Assembly (NCBI GenBank): GCA_003141835.1
Contig: PLNR01000009.1
Coordinates: 136,307-200,306, forward strand
Reading direction: 5' to 3'
Length of the DNA stretch: 64,000 bases
Source of the DNA: Candidatus Omnitrophota bacterium
GTDB lineage: Bacteria; Omnitrophota; Gorgyraeia; Pluralincolimonadales; Pluralincolimonadaceae
In this document: positions 9,729-19,134 of the stretch, one piece after another
Layout of the letters: each line of letters starts with the position of its first letter
How positions within the stretch are numbered: position 1 is the stretch's first letter
Program-made: the position numbers and the translations under genes
The notes under the pieces: generated by a model
Databases searched by the model: none
The model's input: the letters and a program-made list of their open reading frames with translations, nothing else
Told to the model about the DNA's origin: nothing

Positions 9729-11093
9729 TTACCTCTCCTCTTTAAGCGCGCGGACTATCGCCTTGAATACCCGTCCGCGCTCCTCGAAATTCCTGAACAT
9801 GTCGAAACTCGCGCACATAGGCGAAAGGAGCACGCAATCCCCTTCTTCCGCCTCGCCGAACGACTTCTTCACCGCGTCTTCCATTGTATCCGCGAATATA
9901 TACGGGGCCGCGCCCGAAAGATGCTCCCTTATCTTCTCCTTCGCCTCGCCTATCAGGACGAGCTTCTTTACCTTCGCGCCTACGACCTGGCGCGCCTTCC
10001 TGAAATCGCTTCCTTTGTCGTGGCCGCCGGCGATAAGTATAACCGGTTTCGCGCACGACTCGAGCGCCATCATCGTCGCAAGGACAGTCGTCCCCTTGGA
10101 ATCGTTTATGAACTCCACGCCCCTTGTGGTCCTCACGTGCTCGAACCTGTGCTCGAGACCCTTAAAACTTACCAGCGCTTCCTTGATCTTCTTCGGGCTT
10201 ATCCCGAATATCGAAGCCACGCAGAGGCAGGCGAGGACGTTCTCGATATTATGCGTTCCTTTTATCTTAAGTTCCGACGCGCCGCAGATCCTCTGCGGTT
10301 TCCCTCCCCGGCCGATAAAGACCGAGCCGTCCTCGAAAAAGGCCGCGGCTTTTTTATTTTTCCGCGAGAAGAAAAGCGCATTTGCCTTTGTCCTCGACTT
10401 AAGTCTCCTGGCCAGCGGGTCGTCGTAATTCAAGACCGCCCAGTCGTCCTTTCCCTGGTTCTCGAATATCCGCGCCTTCGCGTTGATATACGCGCGGAGG
10501 TCCGGATGCCTGTCAAAATGGTTCTGCGAAATATTCAGCACGACGGCGACATGCGGCCTGAACGTCTTTACGCTCTCGAGCTGGAACGAGCTGGTCTCGA
10601 GGACAACGACGGAGTTCTTCTTGACCTTAGCTATCTCGCCGCAGATCGGGTTGCCGATGTTGCCGCAGACGACGGCGCGTTTTCCGCCCTTCTTCAATAT
10701 CTCTCCTATAAGCGTCGTGGTCGTCGATTTCCCGTTCGTCCCCGTTACCGCGACTATCGGCGCCTTGCAGCACAGGTAACCGAGCTCTACCTCGCCTATG
10801 ACCGGGACCTTATGCTTCGCGGCCCATTTCAAGACCTGCGAATCCTCGGGTACCCCTGGACTTATTACGATAAGATCTTTACCTGCGACGAACCCAGGGG
10901 TATGGCCTCCCACCTCGACTTTTATCCTTTTCCATTCGAGGAAGCCCTTCGCTTCTTTTAATTTCTGCGAGTCGCCGGAATCGGTAGCCCAGACTTTCGC
11001 GCCGAGCTTCTTGAGCAGGAATGCCGCGGCCATCCCGCTCTTCGCGAGCCCTACCACCGTCACTTTTTTCCCTTTGAAACTTTTTGGGTTCAT
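9729..11093 (-). CDS. murD: UDP-MurNAc-L-Ala--D-glutamate ligase
   Basis: GLAKSG, GTNGKST, ETSSFQL, NDSKGT, LSPMCASFDMF motifs. Confidence 0.97.
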   Translation of the reverse strand: MNPKSFKGKKVTVVGLAKSGMAAAFLLKKLGAKVWATDSGDSQKLKEAKGFLEWKRIKVEVGGHTPGFVAGKDLIVISPGVPEDSQVLKWAAKHKVPVIGEVELGYLCCKAPIVAVTGTNGKSTTTTLIGEILKKGGKRAVVCGNIGNPICGEIAKVKKNSVVVLETSSFQLESVKTFRPHVAVVLNISQNHFDRHPDLRAYINAKARIFENQGKDDWAVLNYDDPLARRLKSRTKANALFFSRKNKKAAAFFEDGSVFIGRGGKPQRICGASELKIKGTHNIENVLACLCVASIFGISPKKIKEALVSFKGLEHRFEHVRTTRGVEFINDSKGTTVLATMMALESCAKPVILIAGGHDKGSDFRKARQVVGAKVKKLVLIGEAKEKIREHLSGAAPYIFADTMEDAVKKSFGEAEEGDCVLLSPMCASFDMFRNFEERGRVFKAIVRALKEER

Positions 11094-12181
11094 CTAAGTT
11101 TTAATGTCGATAGGCTGAAAAGCGCCAGTATTATCCCGATTATCCAGAACCTTATGACCACCTTTGTCTCGGACCACCCCTTCATCTGGAAATGGTGATG
11201 TATCGGCGCCATGAGGAATATCCTCTTTTTAAGCAGCTTGAACGACGCGACCTGGAGGATGACCGAGAGCGCCTCAAACACGAATATGCCGCCTACAATA
11301 AGGAGCAGGAGTTCTTTCTTTATGAATATCGCCACGATGCCTATCGCCCCGCCGAGCGCCAGCGAACCTGTATCACCCATGAAGACGGTAGCCGGGAACG
11401 AATTGAACCAAAGGAATCCCAGCCCGGCCCCGAGTATCGCCGCGCAAAATACGGCCAGCTCGCCCGCGCCCGGGATGAACATGATATTAAGATATTCGCT
11501 TATCTTGGCGTTACCGGTGATGTAGCTTAAAGCCATATAGGCGAGCGCAACTATCGCAGTGCAGCCTATCGCGAGCCCGTCGAGCCCGTCGGTCAGGTTG
11601 ACCGCGTTCGAGGCGCCGACAACCACGACCGTGGCAAATAATATATAGAATATCCCCAGCGGTACCATCGCGTTCTTTAAAAACGGCACATCGAGGTTCT
11701 TGCTGATATGCGGGTCGCAAACGACATAAAGCCCTATCAGGAAGCCGAGCATTATCTGTCCTATGAACTTCGACCTCGCGGTAAGCCCCTTGGATTTCAT
11801 CAGCCTTAACTTGAGGTAATCGTCAAGGAAACCGACGACGCAGAGCCATATTATCGATACGAGAGATAAAAGGACATACTTGTTCGTCAGGTCGCCCCAG
11901 AGAATAGTCGAGAGGACGACGGCCGTGACTATCAGGAGGCCGCCCATCGTCGGCGTCCCAGCCTTGTTCTTGTGCATCTCATAGATGCCTTTGGCGTCGT
12001 CCGAGGTGCGCACGACCTGCCCTATCTTGAATTCGCGCAATTTCTCGATGATATAAGGCCCCAATACCATGCAGAGAAGGAATGAAGTGATCGCAGCGCC
12101 GGCCGCGCGGAAAGTGATGTACTTGAATACGTTGAAACCGAAGAACAGATCCTTTAGCGGGTAGAGCAGGTGGTAAAACAC
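11090..12181 (-). CDS. mraY: Phospho-MurNAc-pentapeptide transferase
   Basis: GTPTMGG, DDYLK, NAVNLTDGLDGLA, FMGDTGS, MAPIHHHF motifs. Confidence 0.97.
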   Translation of the reverse strand: MFYHLLYPLKDLFFGFNVFKYITFRAAGAAITSFLLCMVLGPYIIEKLREFKIGQVVRTSDDAKGIYEMHKNKAGTPTMGGLLIVTAVVLSTILWGDLTNKYVLLSLVSIIWLCVVGFLDDYLKLRLMKSKGLTARSKFIGQIMLGFLIGLYVVCDPHISKNLDVPFLKNAMVPLGIFYILFATVVVVGASNAVNLTDGLDGLAIGCTAIVALAYMALSYITGNAKISEYLNIMFIPGAGELAVFCAAILGAGLGFLWFNSFPATVFMGDTGSLALGGAIGIVAIFIKKELLLLIVGGIFVFEALSVILQVASFKLLKKRIFLMAPIHHHFQMKGWSETKVVIRFWIIGIILALFSLSTLKLR

Positions 12182-13524
12182 TTCTTGATCTCCTCCATTT
12201 TCATACCGCGCGAACCTTTTACCAGCACCAGATCCCCTTCTTTCAATATGCCTTTCAAGGCCTTAGCGGCCTCTACGGAATTTTTGAAACGGAGGAGGGA
12301 CATACCGCCGATGCCCTCCTCCTGTGCGCCCTCAAGGATATACCCGGAGAGCGTGCCCACACTCACGAAAAGATCCACTTTGGCTTTCGCCGCGAACTTG
12401 CCGATATCGCGATGGAGTTCCGGCCCGGCCGCGCCCAGCTCGAGCATGTCGCCTGCCACGAGCACCTTCCTCTTATACGGCTGCATGTCGCGCAGCGTCC
12501 CGACGGCGCTCTCCAGCGAAGCCGGGTTGGAATTATAGCAGTCAAAGATGAAATCTATCCCCTCGCACTTCTCGTATTCCATCCTGAGCTTCGGCAGGAC
12601 AAAATCCTCAAGGAGTTTCGACGCGGACCTTATCTCTATCCCATATAATGAAGCCGCGGAGATGGCTGCCATCGCATTGTAAACGTTATGTCTCCCTAGC
12701 ATCCTGAGCTTCACGACATACGTATCGTTGAGCGCGAAATTTATCCCGCAGTCGCTCTCCTGCGCGTTCTCTGCGACAAGATCGCAATCTTCGTTGAAGC
12801 CGAAAGTCACTACTTCCCCGCACATTTTTTTGGCGGTGATGGCGAGTATTTCGTCATCACCATTAACTACGGCCGAGCCGTCCTCCCCGATCCTCTTTAA
12901 CAGGTCAAGTTTCTCTTTCCTGACGTTCTCTACCGAGCCGAAGAACTCCAAATGCGACGGCCCTGCATTCAATATGATCCCGCAATTCGGCTCGACTATG
13001 TCGGCCAGATATCCGATCTCGCCGGGATGGTTCGTCCCCAGCTCGATGACCGCTATCTCGTGGCTTTCTTTTAATTTTAACAGCGTCTGCGGTACACCTA
13101 TGAAATTATTCTCCGTCCCTTCGTTCTTCAGGACTTTGTACCTGGATGACAGTATCAGGGCTAGCATCTCCTTCGTAGTCGTCTTCCCGTTCGAGCCGGT
13201 CAACGCGATGACGGGGATGTCGAACCTGTTGCGGTGGAACTTCGCGATCGCGCCTAGGGCCTTGACGGTGTCGTTTACCAGTATCACCGTAAAACCGGGT
13301 TTGGGCGAAGGTATATCGCGGCTTACTATTGCCCCGGCCGCGCCTTTCCATACAGCTTCATTCACAAAATCATGGCCGTCAAAATTAGGCCCTTTTACCG
13401 CTATGAAGAGCGAATGCTTCTCTATCTTCCTCGTATCGGTAGAAACATCCGGAAAGATGGTCTCCGAACCTCCATTCACCAGTTTCCCGCCTGTCGCCTC
13501 TAAGATATCTTTTGTGCTGAAAAT
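12154..13524 (-). CDS. murF: UDP-MurNAc-tripeptide--D-Ala-D-Ala ligase (start inferred at ATT 13524; first canonical start is GTG 13479)
   Basis: STDTR, FDGHDF, TGSNGKTTTK, YNSNP, GDMLELG, KGSRG motifs; in-frame upstream extension FSTKDILEATGG resembles MurF N-termini. Confidence 0.95.
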   Translation of the reverse strand: MFSTKDILEATGGKLVNGGSETIFPDVSTDTRKIEKHSLFIAVKGPNFDGHDFVNEAVWKGAAGAIVSRDIPSPKPGFTVILVNDTVKALGAIAKFHRNRFDIPVIALTGSNGKTTTKEMLALILSSRYKVLKNEGTENNFIGVPQTLLKLKESHEIAVIELGTNHPGEIGYLADIVEPNCGIILNAGPSHLEFFGSVENVRKEKLDLLKRIGEDGSAVVNGDDEILAITAKKMCGEVVTFGFNEDCDLVAENAQESDCGINFALNDTYVVKLRMLGRHNVYNAMAAISAASLYGIEIRSASKLLEDFVLPKLRMEYEKCEGIDFIFDCYNSNPASLESAVGTLRDMQPYKRKVLVAGDMLELGAAGPELHRDIGKFAAKAKVDLFVSVGTLSGYILEGAQEEGIGGMSLLRFKNSVEAAKALKGILKEGDLVLVKGSRGMKMEEIKKCFTTCSTR

Positions 13525-14969
13525 GTTTTTTTCACAACCTCCCTGTCATCGAACACTATAGTCGTATTCTTGAATATCTGGTAGGCCTCATGCCCTTTCC
13601 CGGCTATAAGGACGCAATCGCCTGCCCCGGCCGTAGAGAGCGCCTCTTCGATGGCGCGCTGCCTGTCCAGTATGACCTTATAGTTCTTCTTCGATATTCC
13701 TGCCACGATCTCATCGGCTATTGCCTGCGGCTCCTCGCTGCGCGGGTTGTCGGATGTCACAATAACGATATCCGACATCTCGCTCGCAACCTTGCCCATG
13801 CGCGGGCGTTTAGTCCTGTCGCGGTCCCCGCCGCAGCCGAACACTACGATTATCTTTTTGCTGATCAGGGGTTTTAGCGCCGAGAGGACGTTGTATAACG
13901 CGTCATCGGTGTGCGCGTAATCCACGAATATTTTGAACGGTTGGCCGCAATCCACCGGCTCGAGCCTGCCCGGCACCGCCTTCATATCCTCAAGCCCGCG
14001 CTTCACCTCGCCTGCCGGGAACCCGAGGCTCATGCCGCAGGCAGCCGCCGCTGCCATATTATAGACATTGTGCATGCCGATAAGTTTTGAATTCACGTGC
14101 AGGCTGCCTTTTGGCGAATTTATAGTGAACTTCGTCCCGTCCAGCGAGAGCTTTATGTCCGAGGCGAGGTAATCGGCCACGAGCTTTGTCCCGTACGTCA
14201 CGACCTTGCCCTTAGAGACCTTGACCAGTTTCCTGCCCCACTCATCGTCTATGTTTATCACGGCATACGCGCTGTCTTTAAGCCCTTCGAAGAGGCGGCA
14301 CTTCGCCCTGAAATATCCGTCGAACGTCTTATGGTAATCGAGGTGGTCGCCGGTAAGGTTTGTGAATATCGCCGCGGAGAAATCTATGCCGCCTACCCTG
14401 TTCTGGTCGAGGGCGTGCGATGAGACCTCCATCACGAGGTGATCGCTGGAATTCCTTACCATCTCTCCCATGAAACCGTAGAGCTCGACCGGCCCGGGCG
14501 TGGTGTTCGTCGCGGGTATGATGCGTTTCCCTATCCTGTAACTTATCGTCCCGATAATGCCGGCCTTATGGCCTGCGGCCGCGATTATCGAATCCATCAG
14601 GTACGATATCGTCGTCTTGCCGTTTGTGCCGGTTATCCCGATGCAAGTCAGTTTCCCTGAAGGCCTGCCGAAGAAATTATCGGCTATCTTCGGCGCCGCG
14701 GCCCTCGAATCCCTGACGAATATCCTGGCCACATCATCGGGAAGCGCTATATCTTTTTCAAGGACGACGGCAACCGACCCTTTGTCAACGGCCTCATTGG
14801 CGAACTTGTGTCCGTCGAAATTCACGCCTGAGACGGCGATGAACAGCGAATCTTTCCCTGCCTTCTTGGAATCGCTGGATACGCCTTTGATATCTGTATC
14901 GAGGCCGCGCGGGAAGGCCGATTGCGCCTTATATTCCACGTCTTTCAACAGGTCTTTTAGTTTCATCAA
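13500..14969 (-). CDS. murE: UDP-MurNAc-dipeptide--meso-DAP ligase
   Basis: TGTNGKTT, MEVSSH, DHLDYH, DYAHT, DNPR (DAP-specific) and AGKGHE motifs. Confidence 0.97.
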   Translation of the reverse strand: MMKLKDLLKDVEYKAQSAFPRGLDTDIKGVSSDSKKAGKDSLFIAVSGVNFDGHKFANEAVDKGSVAVVLEKDIALPDDVARIFVRDSRAAAPKIADNFFGRPSGKLTCIGITGTNGKTTISYLMDSIIAAAGHKAGIIGTISYRIGKRIIPATNTTPGPVELYGFMGEMVRNSSDHLVMEVSSHALDQNRVGGIDFSAAIFTNLTGDHLDYHKTFDGYFRAKCRLFEGLKDSAYAVINIDDEWGRKLVKVSKGKVVTYGTKLVADYLASDIKLSLDGTKFTINSPKGSLHVNSKLIGMHNVYNMAAAAACGMSLGFPAGEVKRGLEDMKAVPGRLEPVDCGQPFKIFVDYAHTDDALYNVLSALKPLISKKIIVVFGCGGDRDRTKRPRMGKVASEMSDIVIVTSDNPRSEEPQAIADEIVAGISKKNYKVILDRQRAIEEALSTAGAGDCVLIAGKGHEAYQIFKNTTIVFDDREVVKKTFSAQKIS

Positions 14970-16693
14970 TCCTCTACGCTCTGGAGCTCAACCGCCCTCT
15001 TGACCTCAGTTATATTCTCCGGCTTTATCTCAAGATATCTTAAAGTATCCTTTACTACCTTGCTGAATACCGGGGCGGCGACCACGCCTCCGTAATACTG
15101 CGGGTGCGGCTGGTCGAGCATCACCACGACTACGACCCTCGGGTCCTTTACCGGCGCGAACCCGACGAACGAGCCGATGAATTTCGAATGCGAATATGCG
15201 CCGTTCTCGATCTTCTGGGAGGTCCCGGTCTTGCCGCCGACATCATACCCCTCTACCTTGGCGAGTTGGCCGGTCCCGTCGGTCACGACCCCGCTTAATA
15301 TATCACGCATAGTCGCGGCTGTCTTTTCCGAGAGGACATCCCTTATTTCCTCGGGCGGGAATTCCTTTATCATTTCGCCGTGCTTATCCTGCACTGCCTG
15401 GATGACCCTCGGCCTCACAAGTCTTCCGCCGTTCGCGATGACAGACATGGCGCAGGCCATCTGTATCGCGGAGACGCTCACCTCCTGGCCCATGGGTATC
15501 GCGTACATCGAAGTGCCGGACCACTGCGAAGGCGGCCGTATGAACCCGGGGACTTCGCCGGGCAGGTCGATCTTCGTCATGTCGCCGAAACCGAATTTCT
15601 TTATATAATTGTATAGGTTATCCCCGCCGAGCTTGAAGGCGACCTTGACCGTGCCTATGTTAGATGATCTCTCGATGACCTGCCTGAAGGTGAGCCAGCC
15701 CTGCGGCGTGTGGTCGTGCAAAATTCTCCCGCCGCCGTGGCTCCACGCGCCGTTCTCGCAGAAGAACCTGTCGTTTAACCCGACCTTATTCTCATTGAGC
15801 GCGGCCGACGCCGTGACTATCTTGAACATCGAGCCGGGCTCATACATGTCGGTGACGGCGCGGTTCCTCCTGTTCTCGGCGTTCGCGCGCTGGAAGGAAT
15901 TAAGGTCGTAAGTCGGCCTGCTCGACATCGCGAGTATGTCGCCGTTCTTCGGGTCCATGACTATTATGCACGCGCCTAACGGATGGTATTTCTTGACGGC
16001 CGCGTCGAGCTCGCGCTCGGCGACGTTCTGTATTATGTCGTCTATGGTGAGGACAAGGTCGAGGCCGTCTATCGAGGGATAATATTCGTATTCGAAAGAG
16101 GCTATCTCGCGGCGGCGCGCGTCCCTGAAAGTCGCCCTGTAACCGGCCGAACCCTTCAGGTACGGATCGTACTTAAGCTCGAGCCCCTCGAGGCCTTTGT
16201 TATCGGTGCCGGCGTACCCGACTATCTGGCTGGCTAGGGTATTGTTGGGGTATACCCTCTTCGGCTCTTTCATGAAATCTATGCCCTTGATATTCAGGGC
16301 TTTTACCCTTGCGGCCTCGGCCGGGCTTAACTTGCGCTTGATCCAGATGAAACCCTTGTCCTTATTGAGCCGTGCGTAGACGTACTGCTCGTTCAAGCCC
16401 ATCGCCGACGCAAGCCTTTTCGCCGCTGCCCTCTTCTCCTGGACCACCCTGTCGTCCGAGAATACGGACTGCAGGTTGAGTGAGACGGCAAGCGGCCTCA
16501 TGTTCCTGTCGTAGATAGTGCCGCGCGTAGGCTGTAGCTCTATGACCGCAGTATGCTGTTTCCTGGCGAGCTGTGTGAGGTTGTAGGATTTGGCGAGTTG
16601 TAAATATAAAACGCGGATCAAAAGGATGCTTAATAAAATGAGAAATAGAGAAAATACCGCATTGAGGCGGTTTTTGTGGGCTCTTGTATACAC
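14966..16693 (-). CDS. ftsI: Class B penicillin-binding protein FtsI (PBP3)
   Basis: RGTIYDRN, YEPGSMFK (SxxK), SSN and KTG motifs; dcw position. Confidence 0.95.
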   Translation of the reverse strand: MYTRAHKNRLNAVFSLFLILLSILLIRVLYLQLAKSYNLTQLARKQHTAVIELQPTRGTIYDRNMRPLAVSLNLQSVFSDDRVVQEKRAAAKRLASAMGLNEQYVYARLNKDKGFIWIKRKLSPAEAARVKALNIKGIDFMKEPKRVYPNNTLASQIVGYAGTDNKGLEGLELKYDPYLKGSAGYRATFRDARRREIASFEYEYYPSIDGLDLVLTIDDIIQNVAERELDAAVKKYHPLGACIIVMDPKNGDILAMSSRPTYDLNSFQRANAENRRNRAVTDMYEPGSMFKIVTASAALNENKVGLNDRFFCENGAWSHGGGRILHDHTPQGWLTFRQVIERSSNIGTVKVAFKLGGDNLYNYIKKFGFGDMTKIDLPGEVPGFIRPPSQWSGTSMYAIPMGQEVSVSAIQMACAMSVIANGGRLVRPRVIQAVQDKHGEMIKEFPPEEIRDVLSEKTAATMRDILSGVVTDGTGQLAKVEGYDVGGKTGTSQKIENGAYSHSKFIGSFVGFAPVKDPRVVVVVMLDQPHPQYYGGVVAAPVFSKVVKDTLRYLEIKPENITEVKRAVELQSVED

Positions 16694-16750
16694 TTATATC
16701 CTACCCTTGTTTTCGGCGGAAAACTATGGGTATGTATTAATAAAAAACTG

Positions 16751-17137
16751 CTATTTAGCTAAGTTCGCCTGCGCTTCCGGCCCTAAAGCGAAGAGGCTGG
16801 CGGCGGTCTGGCGTATCTTCCCGAAGAAACCCGCGGTGCGGGTGATATTTTTCATGCCGGTCTCGCCCGTCCCTGCCGAGACCAGGATAACGCGTTCCCT
16901 GGACGGGATCTCAAGCTTCATCTGCTTCGCGAGCAGCGTCCGCTCCAGCCTCGCCGGGGATTCCAGCTGCCTTACATTATATAGCAATACCTTATTGCGG
17001 TCAAGGAGGTCGGAATACATCTTGTCCTTGGCCTTTATGTCATAGCTAAGGTGCACCAGGGCCGTCTGCTGGCTTACATAAAGCAGCGCGACCATAGTCA
17101 CCATAACAGTTGTCGTCAAAAATTTATATGTGCTCAT
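16751..17137 (-). CDS. ftsL: FtsL-like cell division protein
   Basis: N-terminal TM, coiled coil and LESPARLE motif; lies between rsmH and ftsI. Confidence 0.7.
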   Translation of the reverse strand: MSTYKFLTTTVMVTMVALLYVSQQTALVHLSYDIKAKDKMYSDLLDRNKVLLYNVRQLESPARLERTLLAKQMKLEIPSRERVILVSAGTGETGMKNITRTAGFFGKIRQTAASLFALGPEAQANLAK

Positions 17138-17145
17138 CTTAACCC

Positions 17146-18045
17146 CTAAACCCTTCTCGCGGCCCGCAGCTTCGCGCTCCGCGACCTCGGATTCTCCCCG
17201 ATCTCCCCTTCTTCCGGAGTCAGGGGTTTCTTGTAAAGGATATTCAATATCTTATTCGCCTTGGCTTCCCTGAACTTGTTCTTTACGATCCTGTCCTCGA
17301 GCGAATGGTACGAGATCACGCATATCGCTCCCGAAGGACTCAACAGCCCTATCGCGTCATCCAGCGCTTTCCCGAGGACGTTCAATTCGTCGTTTACCGC
17401 TATCCTGAGCGCCTGGAAAGTCCTCGTCGCCGGGTGCACCCTCCCGTGTTTGCCTTTGTACGGGACGGCGCGCATTATGACATCGACGAGCTTGGCTGTT
17501 GTATCGATCCGGTCCTCTTCCCTGCGCTCGACGATAGCTTTAGCTATCCTGCGGCTGAACCTCTCCTCACCGTATTCATAAATGATCCGGCTCAGGTCGG
17601 CCTCAGGGTAGCGGTTCACCATTTCTTCCGCCGTCAGTTCAGCCCCCTTATCCATGCGCATATCCAACGGGGCGTCGTAACGGAAGCTGAACCCTCTCTC
17701 AGCCTTGTCGAACTGCATCGAAGAGACGCCGAGATCGAACAAGAAACCGTCGGCTCTTTCGATATTCGATTTTTCAAAGATCGCTTTCAACTCACCAAAG
17801 TTGCCTTGCACCAAAAGGACGTTCGTCTCCCCGAACCTCCTTAATCTCTCTTTAGCTATCTCAAGCGCTTCGCCGTCTCGGTCTATCCCTACCAGCCTGC
17901 CGCCCGGCAATATCTTTTCCAGTATCGCCTCGGCATGGCCGCCGAGCCCGAGCGTGCAATCGACTATCGTCTTGCCCGGCGCCGGCGCGAGCGCCTCAAC
18001 AACCTCTTTTAAAAGAACGGGCTTATGTATTATCTCCCCGCTAAT
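17146..18045 (-). CDS. rsmH: 16S rRNA m4C1402 methyltransferase (start inferred at ATT 18045; the ORF-track start at 17910 cuts off conserved motifs)
   Basis: In-frame HKPVLLKEV...VDCTLGLGGH lies upstream of the track ORF; DLGVSS, RGFSF, LDMRMD, HPATRTFQALRI, NPRSRSAKLR motifs. Confidence 0.95.
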   Translation of the reverse strand: MSGEIIHKPVLLKEVVEALAPAPGKTIVDCTLGLGGHAEAILEKILPGGRLVGIDRDGEALEIAKERLRRFGETNVLLVQGNFGELKAIFEKSNIERADGFLFDLGVSSMQFDKAERGFSFRYDAPLDMRMDKGAELTAEEMVNRYPEADLSRIIYEYGEERFSRRIAKAIVERREEDRIDTTAKLVDVIMRAVPYKGKHGRVHPATRTFQALRIAVNDELNVLGKALDDAIGLLSPSGAICVISYHSLEDRIVKNKFREAKANKILNILYKKPLTPEEGEIGENPRSRSAKLRAARRV

Positions 18046-18048
18046 TGC

Positions 18049-18498
18049 TTAGCCTTTCTCTTCCAAGTCCAGCAAATTCTCAGCGGTCTTTTCGAACGAC
18101 GGCGCGGCGCCCTCGTAGTACTTGCGCCACTCCTCCTTCGACCATATCTCTATCCTGTTCGAGACGCCGATTATCATGACGTCCCGTTTTATCCCGGCAT
18201 ATTCTTTGAGGTATTGCGGGAGAAGGATCCTCCCCTGTTTGTCGCAGGAGATGTCGGCCGCGCCCGAAAAAAACAGGCGGTTGAATGTTCTCGAGACCGC
18301 CTTTGTGAACGACATCGATTTGAATTTTTGTTCCTGGGTCTTCCACTCTTCCTCGGTGAATACGAAGAGGCATTTGTCGAGGCCGCGGGTGACGTAGAAC
18401 TTCTCGGCGAATTGTTCCTTGAACACATCGCGGAACTTGGAAGGTATGATGATCCTCCCCTTCCTGTCGATAGTATGTTCGTATTCGCCGTAGAACAT
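18049..18498 (-). CDS. mraZ: Transcriptional regulator MraZ
   Basis: Two DxKGR/DKQGR AbrB-like repeats; first gene of the dcw cluster. Confidence 0.97.
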   Translation of the reverse strand: MFYGEYEHTIDRKGRIIIPSKFRDVFKEQFAEKFYVTRGLDKCLFVFTEEEWKTQEQKFKSMSFTKAVSRTFNRLFFSGAADISCDKQGRILLPQYLKEYAGIKRDVMIIGVSNRIEIWSKEEWRKYYEGAAPSFEKTAENLLDLEEKG

Positions 18499-18632
18499 CT
18501 GCCGTCCCCCCGTAACCGCTTATAAAGAAATTAAAGGCTGTGGATCCCGAAATCTTAAAAAGGACCGGCTGGACCTTTTTCTCTTTGCCTTTCCCTCTCA
18601 CGAGGGCTCCCCGACAAAGGCGAATTTGGAAT

Positions 18633-18671
18633 CCACAACCTTATCCTCCACTTTGAACCACTTTACTCCAC
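18633..18671 (-). promoter_or_regulatory. MraZ-binding repeats
   Basis: GTGG at a 10-bp period (GTGGAGTAAA-GTGGTTCAAA-GTGGAG, 18648-18671) just downstream of the dcw promoter, plus one more at 18633. Confidence 0.75.
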
Positions 18672-18683
18672 CTGACGATACAA

Positions 18684-18712
18684 AGTATATACTCTCCCTC
18701 CACCCTTGTCAA
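18684..18712 (-). promoter_or_regulatory. Sigma70 promoter of the mraZ/dcw operon
   Basis: TTGACA-17 bp-TATACT. Confidence 0.8.
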
Positions 18713-18805
18713 GGGGAAAAATGCTATAATTCCCGCCGCTTGTGCCACGCCCTACGGCATATATATACTGGCCTCTTCGACCTTGTGTTCTTGCAGGGAC
18801 GTTCG

Positions 18806-19091
18806 CCTTGAAATTTAAGTCTCGCTTGGCCTTTCTTTATTACTCGCAGCAAGCAGGAGCAACTGCGTCATAAACCGGCTCTGCGCGAGACGTTAAATTT
18901 CGCGGCGGCAAATTCATTGCTTGGAAAACGAGGGTCTTTTTCCCCTCATCGCATGGAAAGACTCGAGCGGGCATGGATCCCGAGCGAAGCGAGGGAGAGC
19001 GAGAGTATTTCAAGCGGCGCGGGCCTCGCAGGGGCCCGCAAGCGCGCGATGAGGGGAAAAGAACCCGAGTTTTATGCAGCTGTGAATTTGC
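18806..19091. repeat. Two adjacent long imperfect hairpins (REP/MITE-like composite)
   Basis: Inverted repeat GAAATTTAA-GTCTCGC...GCGAGAC-G-TTAAATTTC (18810-18901); 15-bp perfect inverted repeat TTTTCCCCTCATCGC/GCGATGAGGGGAAAA (18938-18952/19046-19060); internal CCCGAGCGAAGCGAGGGA; shares 28 bp with 7371-7398. Confidence 0.7.
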
Positions 19092-19134
19092 GGTCGAATT
19101 TAGGCGGGTATTGTGTGTGGTTAATTATGCGGGG

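Noticed and set aside
9333-10961. 542-aa plus-strand ORF (also 45317-47110, 52678-53901, 55310-56494 and many shorter ones)
   Set aside because: Antisense shadows of well-supported minus-strand genes (murD/ftsW, recG, tgt, spoIID/ruvB), with no recognisable motifs.
13522-13534. Programmed -1 frameshift fusing MurE and MurF at the A7 run
   Set aside because: murF is in the -1 frame, but the run is not a canonical X_XXY_YYZ heptamer in the murE frame and is short for transcriptional slippage. An ATT start is simpler.
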